Below are positions 1 to 10,723 of a stretch of DNA of 64,000 bases, in pieces (within the stretch, counting starts at the first letter, position 1; the number at the start of each line of letters is the position of its first letter). The stretch lies in assembly GCF_964355755.1 (NCBI RefSeq), contig NC_092673.1:2480001-2544000 (forward strand). Reading direction: 5' to 3'. The position numbers and the translations under genes were made by a program. The notes beneath the pieces are model-generated. The model saw only the letters and a program-made list of their open reading frames with translations, searched no databases and had not been told where the DNA came from. The DNA is from Antedon mediterranea (lineage: Eukaryota > Animalia > Echinodermata).

Positions 1-145
1 TGCAATCCTTTGATACAATTAGCATCAATGACAAGACAGCAGTATGTTAAAAGTAACCTATAAATAACTTGTAAACTAATTTTGTTAATGACTGCTTTTG
101 GTTTTAGTATTGATTTTGTTTTTAAATAAAAGTGTTTTATTAATT

Positions 146-368
146 GGGGATAAATTGGGGATAAATTGGGGATAAATATGGAATATGGGATAAACAGGGG
201 ATAAATACTACTGTATATGGGATAAATAGGGGATAAATATTGGATAAATACTAGGGGATGAATAGAGGATAAATAGAATAGGAGGATAAATAGAATAGGA
301 GGATAAATAGGAGATAAATATTGGATAAATAGGAGATAAATATGGGATAAATAGGGGATAAATAGGGA
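146..368. repeat. Degenerate ~11-bp tandem repeat (GGGGATAAATW)n
   Basis: Repeated ggggataaatt / ggggataaata / ggagataaata units read directly. Confidence 0.85.
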
Positions 369-774
369 AAAAAGGCATTTACTCTACATTTTTATATTTT
401 TTAAATTAAATCTAAAACATGATTAGAATGTTAGGCCCTTAGCAGCATTGCTGCTATTATTACAGTAGCCCAGATTAATCTCAATGCTATTGCTACAGAC
501 AGATCAGATAATCCTAACTGTACATATTCATCATTACCTAAGCTTTAAATTGTTGTTGTAAGTTATCAGTAATGATTCAGAGCTTCCTCTCATGGGAAAC
601 ATCAACCTACAGTATTATCTAATGAATATATAGACACAATACTCTACCAAGATAATATTTAAAACTGTGGTAGTGTGCTACCAGAAACATATAAATATTT
701 GAATAGTTCTATATAATTCTAATTTTTTTGGATGTTTTACTTTATTGTTTTGATTTAGCTTTTTGCTCTATCAT

Positions 775-1350
775 TGCGATCCAGGCACTGATACCCACAG
801 CATTGTCATTTTGTCAGTGCTTATTTTGTATCTCCATTGAGATCCAGCCACTGATAGTTACCCACAGCATTGTCATTTTGTCAGTGCTTATTTTGTACAT
901 CCATTGAGATCCAGCCACTGATAGCCACAGCATTGTCATTTTGTCAGTGCTTATTTTGTATCTCCATTGAGATCCAGCCACTGATACCCACAGCATTGTC
1001 ATTTTTTCAGTGCTTATTTTATTTTGTATCTCCATTGAGATCCAGCCACTGATAGTTACCCACAGCATTGTCATTTTGTCAGTGCTTATTTTGTATCTCC
1101 ATTGAGATCCAGCCACCGATACCCACAGCATTGTCATTTTTTCAGTGCTTATTTTATTTTGTATCTCCATTGAGATCCAGCCACTGATACCCATAGCATT
1201 GTCATTTTTTCAGTGCTTATTTTATTTTGTATCTCCATTGAGATCCAGCCACTGATACCCATAGCATTGTCATTTTTTCAGTGCTTATTTTATTTTGTAT
1301 CTCCATTGAGATCCAGCCACTGATACCCATAGCATTGTCATTTTTTCAGT
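775..1350. repeat. Minisatellite, ~61-67-bp unit, about 9 copies
   Basis: Unit cagcattgtcattttgtcagtgcttattttgtatctccattgagatccagccactgatacc with small indel variants. It explains the repetitive ORFs 814..1194 and 870..1052. Confidence 0.95.
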
Positions 1351-2339
1351 AATTTGCCTTTGGATTTAATAATTTTATAATGAAATACTATAATATAACA
1401 GTTTTGCACAATTATTTAGTTTTATTGGAATAAAGTAGTTAACCCTTACAAATATGGGTTGGCCATTCCGTTCATTTCATGAGAAAGTGTCCCCTAAAAA
1501 AGGGTGTTTCTAGAATAGGGGTGTTTATAGTATGTAAAACAGGAGGTTACTCTACATAATATTTATTGTTTCAAATTTCTTCTTATTTAATTTGATTATT
1601 ATCTATGCAGTGGGAAAACCATTTCTTTATTATTTTAAAAACTTTGCTCAACCTACCTCTGTTATTGTCGAAACATCTCTTCGATCCCTACCATGTAGGC
1701 GATATGGTTGAACAATTTCATAATTATTAATTCTTGATAACTGTTCTTGTTGACTTATACTATGTTTTCCTGTTAAAAAAATAGTTTTATTTAAGAAAAT
1801 GTTTTAAATGTTATATCCGGTGGTATTAATTAATGCCATGTCTTTTATTCACCATCATCTGACCGGGTCACTATTGCCTACTGCAGATAGAATATTATTA
1901 CTCTTGTTGGGTAAAATGAGGTATAAAGCAGTATTAGTATTATTATTAAAAATAAATGATTTTTTATTAATCTTGCTTGAAAACTCTACTGTGCTGTGGA
2001 AACAACATTCATTCTATCAATTACTTTATTTAAAATCATTTCTTTTAATTAATTAATTAATTGGGCCAGTTGTCACACGCTAGGCCTATCCTTTGAAAAA
2101 AGGTATTCTCCGTCCGGTCTGTAGTTTTAGGGTCTTGCTAGGTAGTATAGCCTATATGCCGTACCCCCCAGCACTACCTAATCCTAGCTAGCAGCTAGAT
2201 AGTACTGACTGACAGTAGGTAGCCTGGCCCTATTATTATATGGATGGTAGGCCCTAGTTAAGTTAGGCTAGCCTAGGCCTGGCCCTAGCCTAGTTTTGCT
2301 TTCGTTAAAAACAATTTCAGTTGTATCAGTTTAACTTAC

Positions 2340-2560
2340 CTGTATATATTGCATTAGTTATTGTTTTAAAAATCCCTATGTCCAAGAGTAAAAACAATAT
2401 TATATACCGTAAGTACATATTAAAAGATAAAAACTGACCACCTTTTCTCGTCGCGGCTCTTTACTCTTTCTATTTATGCTGTTATGACAGATATGGAGCG
2501 CCAATTGTGCATACTCTGATTTATTAGTGGGCGGAAACCTTGAGATAAACGATACATCCG
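2340..2560 (-). promoter_or_regulatory. Possible promoter and non-coding first exon of a minus-strand gene running out of the window to the left
   Basis: Strong minus-strand donor CAG|GTAAGT at 2339, a locally CpG-richer stretch with GGGCGG and CCAAT-like words at 2500-2540, and a TAGGCCTA cluster just downstream as at the ADGRA first exon. No coding evidence. Confidence 0.3.
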
Positions 2561-3614
2561 GTATGCACAACATGCAAAATGAGGGGGTGCTACTCGTTGA
2601 TATTTCCCATTGAATCATCATAATAATAATGATGATTCATTGGGAATATAATTTTAATTCCCAGAAAAAATCCTTACTTTGCAATGTTAGAAAGGAAATA
2701 CACAAAGCTTACGGGGGAGCATGAGACCCTCAAAATCCAAACTTTGTCATACATTTTTGTGTAGGTGCAAAGGTCGTAATAAGACAGCATGCAATATATT
2801 AAATAATATATTAAAAAAGATGTAGTTTGTTAGTAATTTGTCTAAAAAATAAATAATACTAGCCTAGATCTAATTAAATAATATTTAATCATTATATCAC
2901 AGTTAGTCAATTTCTAAAATGAAGCACATGTTAATCAATCTAGCTCACAATTTCACTTGTAATTTTAAAAGCTATTCAATTTATCATTACTAACTAATTT
3001 AAATAAATATATATTGTTATTTGTAACATATTTCAATTCGGTTACTAAAAATAGTTAGTAAAAATTTAACGAATAAATAGTTTATATTAAACTGTAACAG
3101 TAAATTATTGCATCAATGGCGCCTCATAAGTTATAGAGGGCGTTATGCAAAATAACAAAATCATAACAACTCAAAACAACATTTTGGCAACTGAAAAGTG
3201 CTCTAAATATCATTCTTCTTAAATTATAAATACAATTTAAACATTGTGAAGTAAGTTAGACATGACCAAATAGTTATTTTAAACGATTAAATTATCGTTA
3301 CTAATATGTTTAAAGTAATGTACTAGAGTTCTTTTTGCTAGGCTCAAGCATTCATTTATGACTCGCGGGTGATAATGCCATGGTTAACGAAGGCGCTGTT
3401 GTTGCATTGTTCACACCCGACCGGCCTAAGGCCTAGCCTAGAACTACAAATATATGTCTTAAGATTGTGGTGCTTTGATTGTCTATTTAATATTATGTGT
3501 TATCTTTTTCTTTAACTTGGTTGAAAGAATAAAGATATTTTATTTAACCAGGAAGTTCTAATAATTAACATTGATTTAATAACAACTTACACTTAGCCTA
3601 TTTATTATTACAAC

Positions 3615-4413
3615 TGTTATGCGCGATTTGAACGATTTGCGCAATTTGAAATTGCGCAAAAAAATCCTTGCGCAATTTGAAATTGCGCAAAGAATTCTTG
3701 CGCAATTTTAAATTGCGCAAAGATTTTTTTGCGCAATTTCAAATTGCGCAATCAACTTGCGCAATTTCAAATTGCGCAAGAAAATCTTTGCGCAATTTTA
3801 AATTGCGCTGCACAATTTGTAAATTGCGCAAGATAGTTCTTGCGCAATATGACACCTTTGCGCAATTTGAAAACGAAGTGTAAATTTTCCCATACATGGC
3901 TAGGCTAGGCCTAGGCAGAGGAGTTTAAAATTTAGTATTTTATTATATAAATAAGACCATTTCAATGAAGATAATGTTTAATACTCACTTTTTAAGTTTT
4001 TAATATTAGTTTAAGCTAGGCCATGTAACCTAGTCAGTATCAATAGTCCAGACCCTAGCTAGGCTAGAGTAGTATAGCCGGCCGCCCGCGCCGCGCCCGC
4101 CTGGTGGAACACCACCGCTTCGTTTTCCTTCGTCGGTTCTTCGACGGTATGCTAACTTATAACAATATTTGCACTACTAAAATAAGGAAATGCGATATTT
4201 ATCTTTAATTTTGAATCATTCTTAGAAATTACTATAAAAATATGGGTGTGCATGATTTCACAATCTGTCGAAAAACCTTGCGCAATTTGCAGATTACTTG
4301 CGCAATTTAATACGTTGCTTGCGCAATTTGAAACACATGTTTCAATTCAAATTGCGCAAGGATTTTTTTTGCGCAATTTCAAATTGCGCAAATCGTTCAA
4401 ATCGCGCATAACA
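3615..4413. mobile_element. Non-autonomous TIR transposon, Ginger-like (TGT...ACA ends, 4-bp TSD)
   Basis: TIR tgttatgcgcgatttgaacgatttgcgcaatttgaaattgcgcaaaaaaa at 3615 with its reverse complement ending at 4413. CAAC is duplicated at 3611-3614 and 4414-4417. Subterminal arrays of TTGCGCAA. Confidence 0.85.
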
Positions 4414-4521
4414 CAACTACTGTATTACTTAGCTAGGCCTGGCTAGACCTGTATAAATATTAATTGCATTGTGTTAATTATTGTAGCATATGAGTGTAAA
4501 TTGCATCAACTTGCACGGAAG

Positions 4522-4755
4522 ATGACATCTGAAATCAAGAACGTCATCCACGAAGTTCTACCAAAACATGGCATGCTTCATCAGGAGGACATGACGACAA
4601 CCGTGCTCTGCAAACCGAAACTGTTACCGCTGAAGTCGGTCACGTTGGAAAAACTAGAACAGATGCAGAAAGAGGCACAGGATAAAGTGAAACAACAGGA
4701 TCTGGAAGAACAAGAGGCTGCCATGAGGGACAACAATCAATTACCAGAATTTTAG
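4522..4755 (+). CDS. BBIP1: BBSome-interacting protein 1 (BBIP10/BBS18), 77 aa, single coding exon
   Basis: MTSEIKNVIHEVLPKHG...TVLCKPKLLPLKSVTLEKLEQMQKEAQ matches the BBIP1 signature EVLPK.G...VLCKPKL.PLKS.TLEKLE.M. ATG at 4522, likely acceptor ttgtag| at 4486, AATAAA at 4772. Confidence 0.93.
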   Translation: MTSEIKNVIHEVLPKHGMLHQEDMTTTVLCKPKLLPLKSVTLEKLEQMQKEAQDKVKQQDLEEQEAAMRDNNQLPEF

Positions 4756-4793
4756 AAGAAAAAAATTTGCCAATAAATCTACTTTATACTTAA

Positions 4794-4984
4794 AGATGTA
4801 TTGTCCCCCAAAAACATAAAAAATGAAGATTAATAAAATCAGACTTTAAATAGACCATTTTGCAGTTTTAATAAAGTTATTCACTTATGTAAAAAAAACA
4901 AAAATAATAACTATTACGTGACATTAAAATGGCATATTCAACAAAAAAAATGGGAAAACAAATTTTTAGGGTGACAATATATCT
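4794..4984. mobile_element. Kolobok-like MITE, copy 1 (TTAA flanks, AG...CT ends)
   Basis: ttaa|agatgtattgtc ... gacaatatatct|ttaa. Near-identical to 12018-12249 apart from an internal deletion. Confidence 0.8.
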
Positions 4985-5940
4985 TTAAGACACCAACAAA
5001 AAGTATAGCCTTAATAGAGGTTGCCTCTAGTGTTGAAACATATATTTCCCCTTGTTTGGATTCTCCCTGAATAGAGGTGTATGAGGCTTGAGTGAGATGG
5101 CCTGTAAAAAAGTATAGGGAGCCAAGGTTTGGATAAAGAATCATCCTAGAAATGACTATCATCTATGAGTGAGACGGTCAAGAAGAAATGGCACTTTCAT
5201 TTTTACCTCCTTATACGATCACTTCGGGAAACCACCTCACGACGATAAAAAAATTTAGTTACATGCTTTTAGATATCCGAATATGTATTGTAAGAACAAT
5301 ATTTTAAGTTATTTAATTATATTTAAAATTAAAAAGGAACTGTGTCATTATGTATACAATTTAGTAGCAAACTATGAAGAGGGCTTGTGTTTGTAAATAA
5401 ATGCATTTTTGTACTTAATTTCTTATACTGTGTAATAAATTATTTATTTGCAATTTTCCTGACAGTGATGCTAATGTTACTAAAATTTAGGAACATACAT
5501 ATCTGTGTTTTCCCTTAATATACAACCTAAATTAAATTTATTGTTGTTGCGCACTATACAAACGACAATTGAGAGAGAAAGAGAACTGAAATAAATAAGT
5601 TTAAACATTATTGAAGTTTTAGACTCTGTCATTTATTATTTCAAATATACTAGAAAGTAATTTTCTGAATGGTTATAAAAACATGCTACTGGGTGAAAAC
5701 AAATTTTAATAATATACTATTTATATTATATATTCTTTCTCTGATCATATTCAAAATAAATATATTCTGATAAAAAATAAAATAGTACTGTATTACTAAT
5801 GATTGTAATTACAGTGCTGTTCACACTATGGACAAGAATTAAAAAGCTGAAAATAAGGCATTAGATACAGACAGGTCAGCTTTAGTATGGATAAACTATT
5901 TATAATTGTGAATATAAACTAAGTCTCATTTGAGGCTTAG

Positions 5941-6043
5941 GGAGTGGAGCTGAACTAGTCATGTGTCACAACCCAGTCAGGATTGAACCCTGGACGTTTG
6001 GATTGGAAGGCAAGCACGTTAACCGTCAAGCTACAACTCCACT
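5941..6043 (-). mobile_element. tRNA-derived SINE head fragment
   Basis: Minus strand reads tggagttgtagcttgacggttaacgtgcttgccttccaatcc...gggttcaatcc (A box and B box), homologous to 13555-13670. Confidence 0.7.
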
Positions 6044-6162
6044 ACATTTGCATGCACTGTGCCTATTACACACATGGTTGACCATACCGATATCGTCATC
6101 ATATGGCAGCAGCAAACAGGTGTTAGTATGTTAATGTTAGTAATACAATTATTACCCACATA

Positions 6163-9100
6163 CTATTTAAGTTCATCGGTAGAGGGAGGATCCATATATT
6201 GTTGAACAGCTCTCCACAAAGCTGTTATATTGCCAGCCCCAAAGCCAGTAGCACCACGGCGTTGGATATACTCCAAGAAAAATGTGTCTTCATTAAACAA
6301 TGGTTTTGTGAAAACCTGCATGAGGTATCTCCTGTAAAAAAAGAACAAGGTTGTTTTTTTTATTTTATAGCTCTATAGAATATTGTGCAGTACAGTAAAC
6401 CGATTTGGAACTAGTAGTACTATAGGTTCAACAGTTTTGATGCACTGTATAAAAACATATGCCATCATTTGTCCAGTATCATAGGCTAATTATGTGACAC
6501 CTGTATTATGTTACGGTTTATTGAGCATGTGATAATATGTGACACTGTATTACACAATTTGCCTATGATACTGGTGAAATTATACATACAGTAGCCTCAC
6601 AAATATCTATACATGTATCACCTGTCATTCGTTTGCTTGTCATCATGTTTGATTGCATCTGCTTCAGCATCCAATAGAATTCCATGCTTTTGCAAAGTCG
6701 TAACCTCTTCACCAGATTCAATAATTTCATCCAGTTTACCAACCTAAGTTTGCAGTTATACAAATACACATTATATTATTAGATTCACATACTGTACTGT
6801 ATTTCTTATACTGGTGATTATGAAACTAGTCTGGATTTTACCATCTAATAACGTATGTCTATTTTACACTGGTTTTTTTAGTGTGTATTTGGCTCACTGT
6901 ACTAGTAAAGTCAAGTCTCTACCCAAACACTTCTTTTGCTGGAATTAATCTGTCTAAAAAAAGTGTGATGTGCCCATGGTGGTGATATGGGAAAATATGG
7001 TAATGATATGACATCATTGTGTCAAGATTTTTTTGTCACATAAAGTTTGATAGTGTAGCTTTTAGACTAGATGCTACTATATTGAAGAAGAGATGGACAA
7101 AAATAAGTGAACTAGATTTAATTCGTCACTATGACGAATTATAGGTTATATGCATTGATTTAAATAAAGATAATTGATTTTTAAAAGATATATTGATTGA
7201 TTGATTTTCTCAGAATCTTTAATTATTTATAATATATGATAGGACCTTGCTAACGCGAACACCATAGCCGGTATCACAATCCGATCAAAGATCCATATGC
7301 GTATAATGTCATAAACCACATTTGTTGTTACATAATAATAAAGACATAAGTTAATTTTTATCTAGATTTCATTATAAATCATGTGTATAATCTATACACT
7401 AAGAAATAAATTTGAACAAACAATACGGATAATAAAAAAAAAATCTTATTTCGTTTCCCAAGGTGAGACTCGATCTCGGTACCTTGAATGCCATAGACAC
7501 GAGCACAGACCACCGAGCCGTACACAACTGACTAAAAGTTGTAGAAAAATTCCTCCGTGTATTTACTATGCAGTAACCACTTTGATGCAAATAGATTATT
7601 ACATATCGAAATGAATTATAATTTTTTACTATGATGACATCTTTAAAATGTATACAAATGATGCACTGTCAAACTACATACTTTTAACTTTAATATATGA
7701 ATTTTTGAAGGAAGAAAGTTAATGTTGAGTTTGTTATTTTGGCCTAAGAAAATGTCATAATTTGTTTGATTGTCGAAATTATTTTTTTTAATTTAATATG
7801 CAATTAATGATGACTTAATCAACTTTTGTTCTCTTTATTTGATAATAAATCATACATATGATACATACACTTCAAGAAAATGAAATAAAAAATAGGTGTT
7901 CCCCTGCATTCTGACGATATATATTAATTTTAAAATTTAGCATATTTTCACCATTTTGTTAACTTATACGTGCGTAGCCAGTCACTTTTGACGTGCTCGT
8001 ATAACGCAATTTCGAGTTAAAACCTGAATCAAATATGATGATATTATTAAAGAAAGATTGTAAAACAGAAATCGGGCAAAAAGAGTGCGCATTAACGCTT
8101 AACGCGCAGTGCGCGTGCAAAAATCTGCGCACTCATGGTAATTTTTTAAACGCTTAAAATTGCCTGAAACGTACTCTAATTTCATCGAAAATAAATTTTG
8201 ACAATTTTGAACATTTTAAGCGCGCGTACGCAAGCGTTATATGCGCTACGCACGTAATTTTATTGCCATATGATGAAATATGACCTGAAATTTATGAGTA
8301 CCAAATTTTGTTTAATTATGATTCATGCTTGTGAAGATATGATTACAAACGTGATTTCGTAAAATCGCGCGTAGACCGCGTAATTTTTGATTACGCATCG
8401 TGAAAATATAACCACATCGATTCCTGGCCATGAGGAATATACTCTGAAAACTTGACTTAGATAGATTAAACTGATGCCAAGATAATGCACGGACAAAATA
8501 GTGCTAAGGAAAGAATAAATAAATAAATAAAGATTTTGACAGAATCAAGAGGTTATATGCATATCATGCATATAACCTAATAAGGGGAAAAGAGAGAGGA
8601 TGAGGAAGGGATGAAGGGGACAAGAGACAACTTACCTCTGTGTAATAAGCTTCAGGTGGCTGAATGAACTCAAGTCCAGAGTGTCGTAAAGAGCTAGCAG
8701 TGTGAACCAAGTCAGGCGTGTGAAGACCAATATGTTGAACGCCAGCACCACGGTGTTCTTTTAGGAAAGTTGCGATTTGATTTTTACCTAAAATGGAAGT
8801 CAATCTGAAATCTATGATGAACTTTCTACACCAAGCAGTTAATGCTATTGGAATAATATTTGTATCATCTATTTTTAAATTACATTTAAAGTCATGTCTA
8901 GACTATCAAACTAGTTAAATGAATGTGCCCAAATATGGTAGTGATATGACATCATTGTGTCCATATATGGGCACATCGTATTTGTCAGTTTGATAATGTA
9001 GACAGAGCTTGAGAGTAAGCCAATTTGACAACAGGACACAGAGCTCGCTTTGCCAAGATGGGAACTCGTAACAGTCTTTTGATCTTATGTCTGGCTTTGC

Positions 9101-10365
9101 GTATCCAAGACTTGTTCCACCACCAGAACTATGGATGTATAAGGAAAGGCTCTGTGAACCACTGCACCACTGCATTTATGTCCATCGTTTCTGAAAAAAA
9201 TATAGTATTACCCTGCCCAGGCAATGCTTCTGCAACGACAAAATTGGTAGGCTGTTCACTGTTGTCATCACTTGCTGCGAAACGTGTTGAATTACATCGC
9301 CAGTATTCCATAGCCTTTAATCTCATTCCCACGTCATTACCACGTACTACAAAACCTTCATCTTTATCTTCATCACTGAAAATTAAATTAGAAATGAAAT
9401 CATTCAAGTGGCAGTTTTGATTATAAAAACCTGTTCAATAACTATGATTTATGCATTTCGGTAGTGTGTAGTCAATATTCATTTAAAAACATTATAATTA
9501 TATACCTGTTAATCTTGAGACGTTTCAATCCAAAACATTTTTCGTACCATTTTAGTACTCTTTCAGTTTCGCCTATTGGACAAACATATGTCACATGATC
9601 AAAATATATATTTTGATCCATTTTCCCATCATTATTTAAATCAAGACATTCTGTAAACCCAGGCAGAAAGACACCCGTGTAGTTTTCGGTATTCAACAGT
9701 GTATGTATAACATCACCAACACAAGATCTAACAGCGGCTATAGATACCTCCCCGTACGCGTCTTGGATTATTTTAGGTTCACAAACCGGTTCTGCTCCTC
9801 CACATACAGCTTTCTCAAATGATTCTTCCACATTTTTTACATGAAATGACACATCGTAAACAGAATCAATTTGTTGTTGCTCATCTTCACAGTAATTATC
9901 AGTACATTTATCTTTCTTCTTTTTTATTTCTATCCGAACATTTGAATTTAATTTACCAGTATTATTTTCTAAATTGTAAAATCTATTTTGCTTAATAAGA
10001 TTGTTTAGATTATTATTTGATGAAAATTCATTAGAATTTGACGTATTTACAATTCTGTCCGAGTCTATTTTGTGCTTTGCTAATTGGTCAAACCTAGGCC
10101 TAAGGCTAGGCCTAACATTGCAACTTCCCGAAAGTCCAACCGACGAAATGTCTTCCTGGTGAAAGGGGTTGAGAACGTGGTCGGCCTGACAATGTTCTGT
10201 GACTAAAAACACAGCTTTACCGTTTCGTAGAACCCAATTATTACAGTCATTCACTTGTTTAAATGCAAATAATTGAAATTGCAGATTATTAACCAGTTTT
10301 CGTGTAAATTTCCATCCATTTTTTGTACAAATCTTAAAATGATGAAATCTTATGCGCGCTGCCAT
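6163..10365 (-). CDS. HPDL: 4-hydroxyphenylpyruvate dioxygenase-like protein, copy A (5 exons, ~488 aa)
   Basis: Exons 10365-9506, 9375-9212, 8787-8636, 6743-6622, 6331-6163, all GT-AG and phase-compatible (1467 nt). Motifs [72 protein letters not shown] are typical of HPDL rather than HPD. The His/His/Glu iron triad is present. Confidence 0.92.
7110..8582 (-). mobile_element. Helentron-associated non-autonomous element (HINE/DINE-1-like) in HPDL-A intron 3
   Basis: Palindromic subTIR aggttatatgcat-atc-atgcatataacct (8550-8578), nearby (AATA)n microsatellite, a second subTIR aggttatatgcat (7143-7155), terminal stem-loop aattcgtca-cta-tgacgaatt (7120-7140) and a CTAGTT end. Confidence 0.8.
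8890..9009. mobile_element. MITE family 1 copy (AGCTCTGTCTACACTATCAAAC TIR)
   Basis: Degenerate TIRs plus the shared core gtgcccaaatatggtagtgatatgacatcat...gggcacatc. Confidence 0.8.
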
Positions 10366-10723
10366 CTTTTTCGCCAGCAGCCGACGAGCCCAGCCGATTG
10401 GTGGCGTATTTCATTATAAAAAAAGGCGACAACTTTCAACCAATTGGAACACAGTGTGAGACAAACAAAAAAGAAGCTTATATTAATTGACAAAAAAGTT
10501 TTATTCAACTAGACGCTTATTTGATAATTATTACATAACTCATGTTATTTATACAACATTAGACATAAATGGGCACATTACTGTATTCATGTTTCACCAG
10601 TGTTATAGATTTCAATCAAAATAAGGCCTATACTAATAATGGTGGAAATAATTATTACAGTAAAATCTATTTTACACCTCAATGTCACATGGCACAGCCT
10701 AAGGCCTTCACACAAATCCGATT

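Noticed and set aside
775-1350. CRISPR-like array or repeat protein (ORF 814..1194)
   Set aside because: Units are contiguous with no unique spacers, there are no cas genes, and the context is eukaryotic. It is a minisatellite.
3668-4446. ORFs 3668..3883 and 4246..4446
   Set aside because: They are translations of the TTGCGCAA subterminal repeats of a transposon.
5941-6043. tRNA-Gly gene
   Set aside because: The arms pair poorly, there is no poly-T terminator, and it is homologous to a longer poly-A-tailed SINE.
9025-9420. Plus-strand ORFs 9025..9420 and 11781..11975 as a duplicated novel gene
   Set aside because: They are antisense shadows of HPDL exon 2 in each paralogue.
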